A stretch of DNA of 63,146 nucleotides, from the NCBI GenBank assembly GCA_048128005.1, contig JBEUKZ010000107.1, forward strand, positions 558,001 to 621,146. Direction: 5' to 3'. This DNA comes from Veleropilina oligotropha (lineage: Eukaryota). The position numbers and the translations under genes were made by a program. The notes beneath the pieces were generated by a model. It was not told the DNA's origin. It did not search any database and saw only the letters and a list, made by a program, of their open reading frames with translations. Positions 59,558 through 63,146 of this stretch are shown in pieces; positions within the stretch are counted from its first letter, which is position 1, and the number at the start of each line of letters is the position of its first letter.

Positions 59558-62341
59558 TTTTAGGTTATTATCTTTATGACAGCGTTCCGTTATAAATGGT
59601 TACTTAATGATTACATTTTTTTCATTATGTTGCACCTAGTTCATGACCGTTGGCGACACAAATTTAACCTAAACTATTTATTGATTAGATGGAACCTATT
59701 CCAAACTCGTCCACCAATTTGATTTCGCATGTTGCATTTATCATGTTTTAATCGAATAAGGCTAATATAAGAGATCAGTTGATTTAGCATTAAGAAACAT
59801 TCGATTTGTCATGTACACATATACCTCGCCCACTTCGACTTTGAACAAAAAGGTGGCATCCTGTGTGTTGATTGCTTTGGTTGGTAAAATGTTCGCGGTT
59901 GGTTCTCTTTCATGAATATGATATTCACAAAGATTTGTACAATACACATGCTTTAATCTGAGAGTACTGGAGTAGGATAATCATGCGAATTCAGTTTTAA
60001 TCTCCGGTCGGTGTATCAACAGCAGGATTATTATTCCCTAATCAATTGTCTAACACTGTTTACTCTTATATTGGCGAACTGAATCTTGTGTTTAACCTCG
60101 TATTTCAGGCACATGTAGGACATCATGTCTGCGTTTGCGTCACACTATCATCCGATCGAGATTATATAGGTGCCAGGTAAAGTAGCGATAAAGAAGCCAG
60201 GCGATATAATGCCAGTAACATACTTTCCTGACATGAAAAAGTAGTTCCAGCTCAGACATATATAGACGAGTTTCGTCTTCACGATTGCTTACGTCATCAA
60301 ATGATTTGTTGTTGCTGTTCGAGACAAGATCTTTAGATTGGCTTCTATTGATGTAAAAGAGCGTCAGTAGACAAATTCCACTGACGATATGTCGTATTTC
60401 GATATGGCCCGTAAGAAGATTATCAGGTTATTTTCTATTAAACTTATATGAAAGATCGTTTTCAAACATGTCAAGACTAGGTATACAATTGCAGAGCACT
60501 TAGCCTTCTGTAAATATTTTTGTCTTGGAGTATCCCATATGTATGTTGTGCGCATTCCCACATGCACAACTTCCTTTGAGGAATGATAATCATGCTTATT
60601 TATTTCCCCTAATAGTGCTCTTGACATATGCCGTCATCGTGGGTTTTTGTGAGGATCGTGTGGTATCTGATATCTTGCATTCGAACCGTATAGCGACGAC
60701 GAGAGTCGGCATTTATTGACGAATTCTTCTTGGTGGATGAAATATTTTAATACCGCGAACATCCAGTTTTGTTTGCTTTCCTGAGTCTATATTGTATCAT
60801 TTAGGTACCTAAACATTTCACCATTTAATATTTTAACGATAAAATAACGTGATGATTGCAAATATACGCAGAAGCACTAACAATACTAGCAGAATCGATA
60901 ATATCTGACTGTTATAAGCGTTTCGAAAGAAATGTTTTTCAACCGCGGCCATACTGTAAAGATCAATTTCAAACAAGATTATCTTCATAATATGTCCCAG
61001 TGGAACGTATTAGACAGATTTCATCGTCGGAGAGTGATTTATGCATCAACGAAGAGCAGCCTTAATAGAATACAAGAACTATTTATGCCAGTGCGACTGT
61101 ACCACAGAGAAATTGGAGTGATGGCAACAGTCCATACAAATTTTCGTTAAATAGCGTAGTTTATTAGAGCACGACATACTTGCCCCATTAAATATTGCTC
61201 CATCCTGGGAGAGTGATTACTGAATCAAAAGAGAGCGGTTTGTGCTGTACGACAGATAGACTGCTGCAATGACAATAATAGTTCAGAATATGTCATTTAG
61301 AAGGATGAATTTCTTGCCTCCCTCCCCCCAAAATACTTTTATCTCATCTGAACAGTAACAAGAAACGGATGACACTAGTAGCGATGCTCAATGGTCATTG
61401 CGTTTTTAGTAGATTTGCCAAGACAACAGCGAAGAAGTCGCCTTGGACATGTGTAGCGGATATGAATTTTGACCTTTCGCTGCGGAGGTTTAGATATTAC
61501 GTCCATATGTTCATGGGTATTATTGTTGTTTCATTACTCAGTTTAGTACAACATAGTGACAAAATACATTTATTTTATGAAAAAATATTTAAAATACATG
61601 ACAGAAGTTTCCGAATCAGCATTTGTTACGATTCACATACAAGAAATTGCCACTAAATCATTAAGACAGGAACATTGGACCCTACTTTACGCCCTTGCAT
61701 TGTCTGCCGACCTAAACGTATATAGGACCATGATCTTTATCGACTGGGTGTAGCATAGTTTTACTTCAAGATATAATAACATTAATGTGAACTGCAACGA
61801 CTATGCTCCGTTATAGCTAGCACCAAGCAGCATATTTGGTATGTATCTTTTGAAATACATTAAATTCTGTTTCATCAATTCGACTTTATGTGTACGATTT
61901 CGTTCTTCTGACGTTGCGCCTAAAAACAAAAGAAATAAAATGGTGTAATGATCAATATTGAAATTATATTTTTTCAATACATGTAACGATTTGGTATTTT
62001 CAAAGATTAATTTGCTCAAGTGTATAGCTGCGCTTTCGCTAGTATGCGAGTATGGTGAACGTATGACAATTTGCTATTATGCTAATGCTTCTTCACACAA
62101 AAAGACATATTAATAGTGCAAAATGTATATTGGCAATGTTAGAAATAATCGGAATAGCTATTTGATCATACTATATCCATTCCTTGATCTGCAACACAAT
62201 AATGATACTTTTCCTCCCCAAAGAACAAAAACCAAACTCCTTATCTCAGATTCCCTTTAGAATTATGATGATATCAATTTCTTTCCAATAAGTAATTCTA
62301 CATTGTATCGAACAGACACTGACTTTCTGAATGAAATTTAC

Positions 62342-63146
62342 TCACGATTCATTTAATGCGTTACTGGAAATTTTATAATCACCAGTACTCTTGTGATGGC
62401 GTCTAATCGTTGGAACCGGAACAACGAGACTTGAAATCCCCGACGAGGAAACGATGTCATCAGGGAACACATCTGACTCATCCTGTTTTAGAGATAACTG
62501 TGCTGCTTCCGGTGAGGTCACAACCGGTGGCGTGCGCACCAACGTGGGAATTCGAAAAAAGTCCGATGGATTTGAACCATCACTGCATGCCCCAGAACAA
62601 AAGTCACATTCAATACCTGATTCACTATGTTCATGTCTTTCGTCCTTCGGTTTAAAAAATGGAATGGAGGGAGTAAATAAGTCATTTTCTCTTAATTCTG
62701 GTCTTGGGCGTAAAACGATATTAACATAAATACCGTCACTTTCAATATTTTCGCGAAGCGGTGTTGGTTCTGATATACTACCCTCTTTGATCTGAGAGAG
62801 GGATTTGTCAGTACATTGCATTACATCTGGTAGTGTTATGTCATGTTTGGGTGCCGTGTCTTTCATGACGTCAGGCATAAAACCTGCTTCCTTTCCGTCA
62901 TCTCCATTACTTTCACAAGGGACTACAGCCACGCAAGCTACCGGATCTACATTTTCGTCGATGTGAACTCGTAAATATGCAACATGACGAATCTGAGGTG
63001 GTCCGTTTCTTGGGTCTGAACTATGTACTGTGTCTAGCGTTGTAGTTATTTCCGGGCACTTGCATCTAGAAAATAGTTTCTTAACCGAGCACACTACTTT
63101 CATCAAGAACTTCTTCCGCAGTAAGATGTAGAGCCAGGGGTCAAGT
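62342..63146 (-). CDS. Last coding exon of a prostanoid (prostaglandin EP4-like) class A GPCR: TM7 end plus long C-terminal tail; partial at window edge
   Basis: The frame upstream of the 254-aa ORF reads LDPWLYILLRKKFLM, the DPWxYILLR TM7 signature of prostanoid receptors. The frame stays open to the stop at 62342. Confidence 0.8.
   Translation of the reverse strand, partial: LDPWLYILLRKKFLMKVVCSVKKLFSRCKCPEITTTLDTVHSSDPRNGPPQIRHVAYLRVHIDENVDPVACVAVVPCESNGDDGKEAGFMPDVMKDTAPKHDITLPDVMQCTDKSLSQIKEGSISEPTPLRENIESDGIYVNIVLRPRPELRENDLFTPSIPFFKPKDERHEHSESGIECDFCSGACSDGSNPSDFFRIPTLVRTPPVVTSPEAAQLSLKQDESDVFPDDIVSSSGISSLVVPVPTIRRHHKSTGDYKISSNALNES

Overview
This is repeat-rich animal genomic DNA, probably lophotrochozoan or molluscan judging from the repeat types (inference). 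It is not prokaryotic. Host genes: (1) twelve + strand coding exons of eIF2D/ligatin (PUA, SWIB/MDM2 and SUI1 regions), running from the window start to a stop at 39299 with consistent GT-AG phases; (2) the last exon of a convergent prostanoid-receptor-like GPCR at the right edge. The first eIF2D intron (46-17321) is almost entirely transposons. It holds two related DIRS1-type tyrosine-recombinase retrotransposons: one internally deleted, the other near-complete and nested as HINE > hAT-like MITE > DIRS > CR1-type LINE. The rest of the window holds many Helentron-associated (HINE/DINE-1-like) elements with internal satellite arrays, tRNA-derived SINEs, LINE and Tc1 fragments, a decayed two-gene PIF/Harbinger element and several minisatellites. 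The most unusual signal is a set of non-coding elements whose long terminal hairpin arms are largely unrelated between families. They all carry the same strand-specific apex, CGAG-short stem-loop-CGAG, which would form tandem G.A mismatches, plus a short inverted repeat at the far end. This suggests recognition of folded single-stranded DNA by an unidentified mobilising enzyme.
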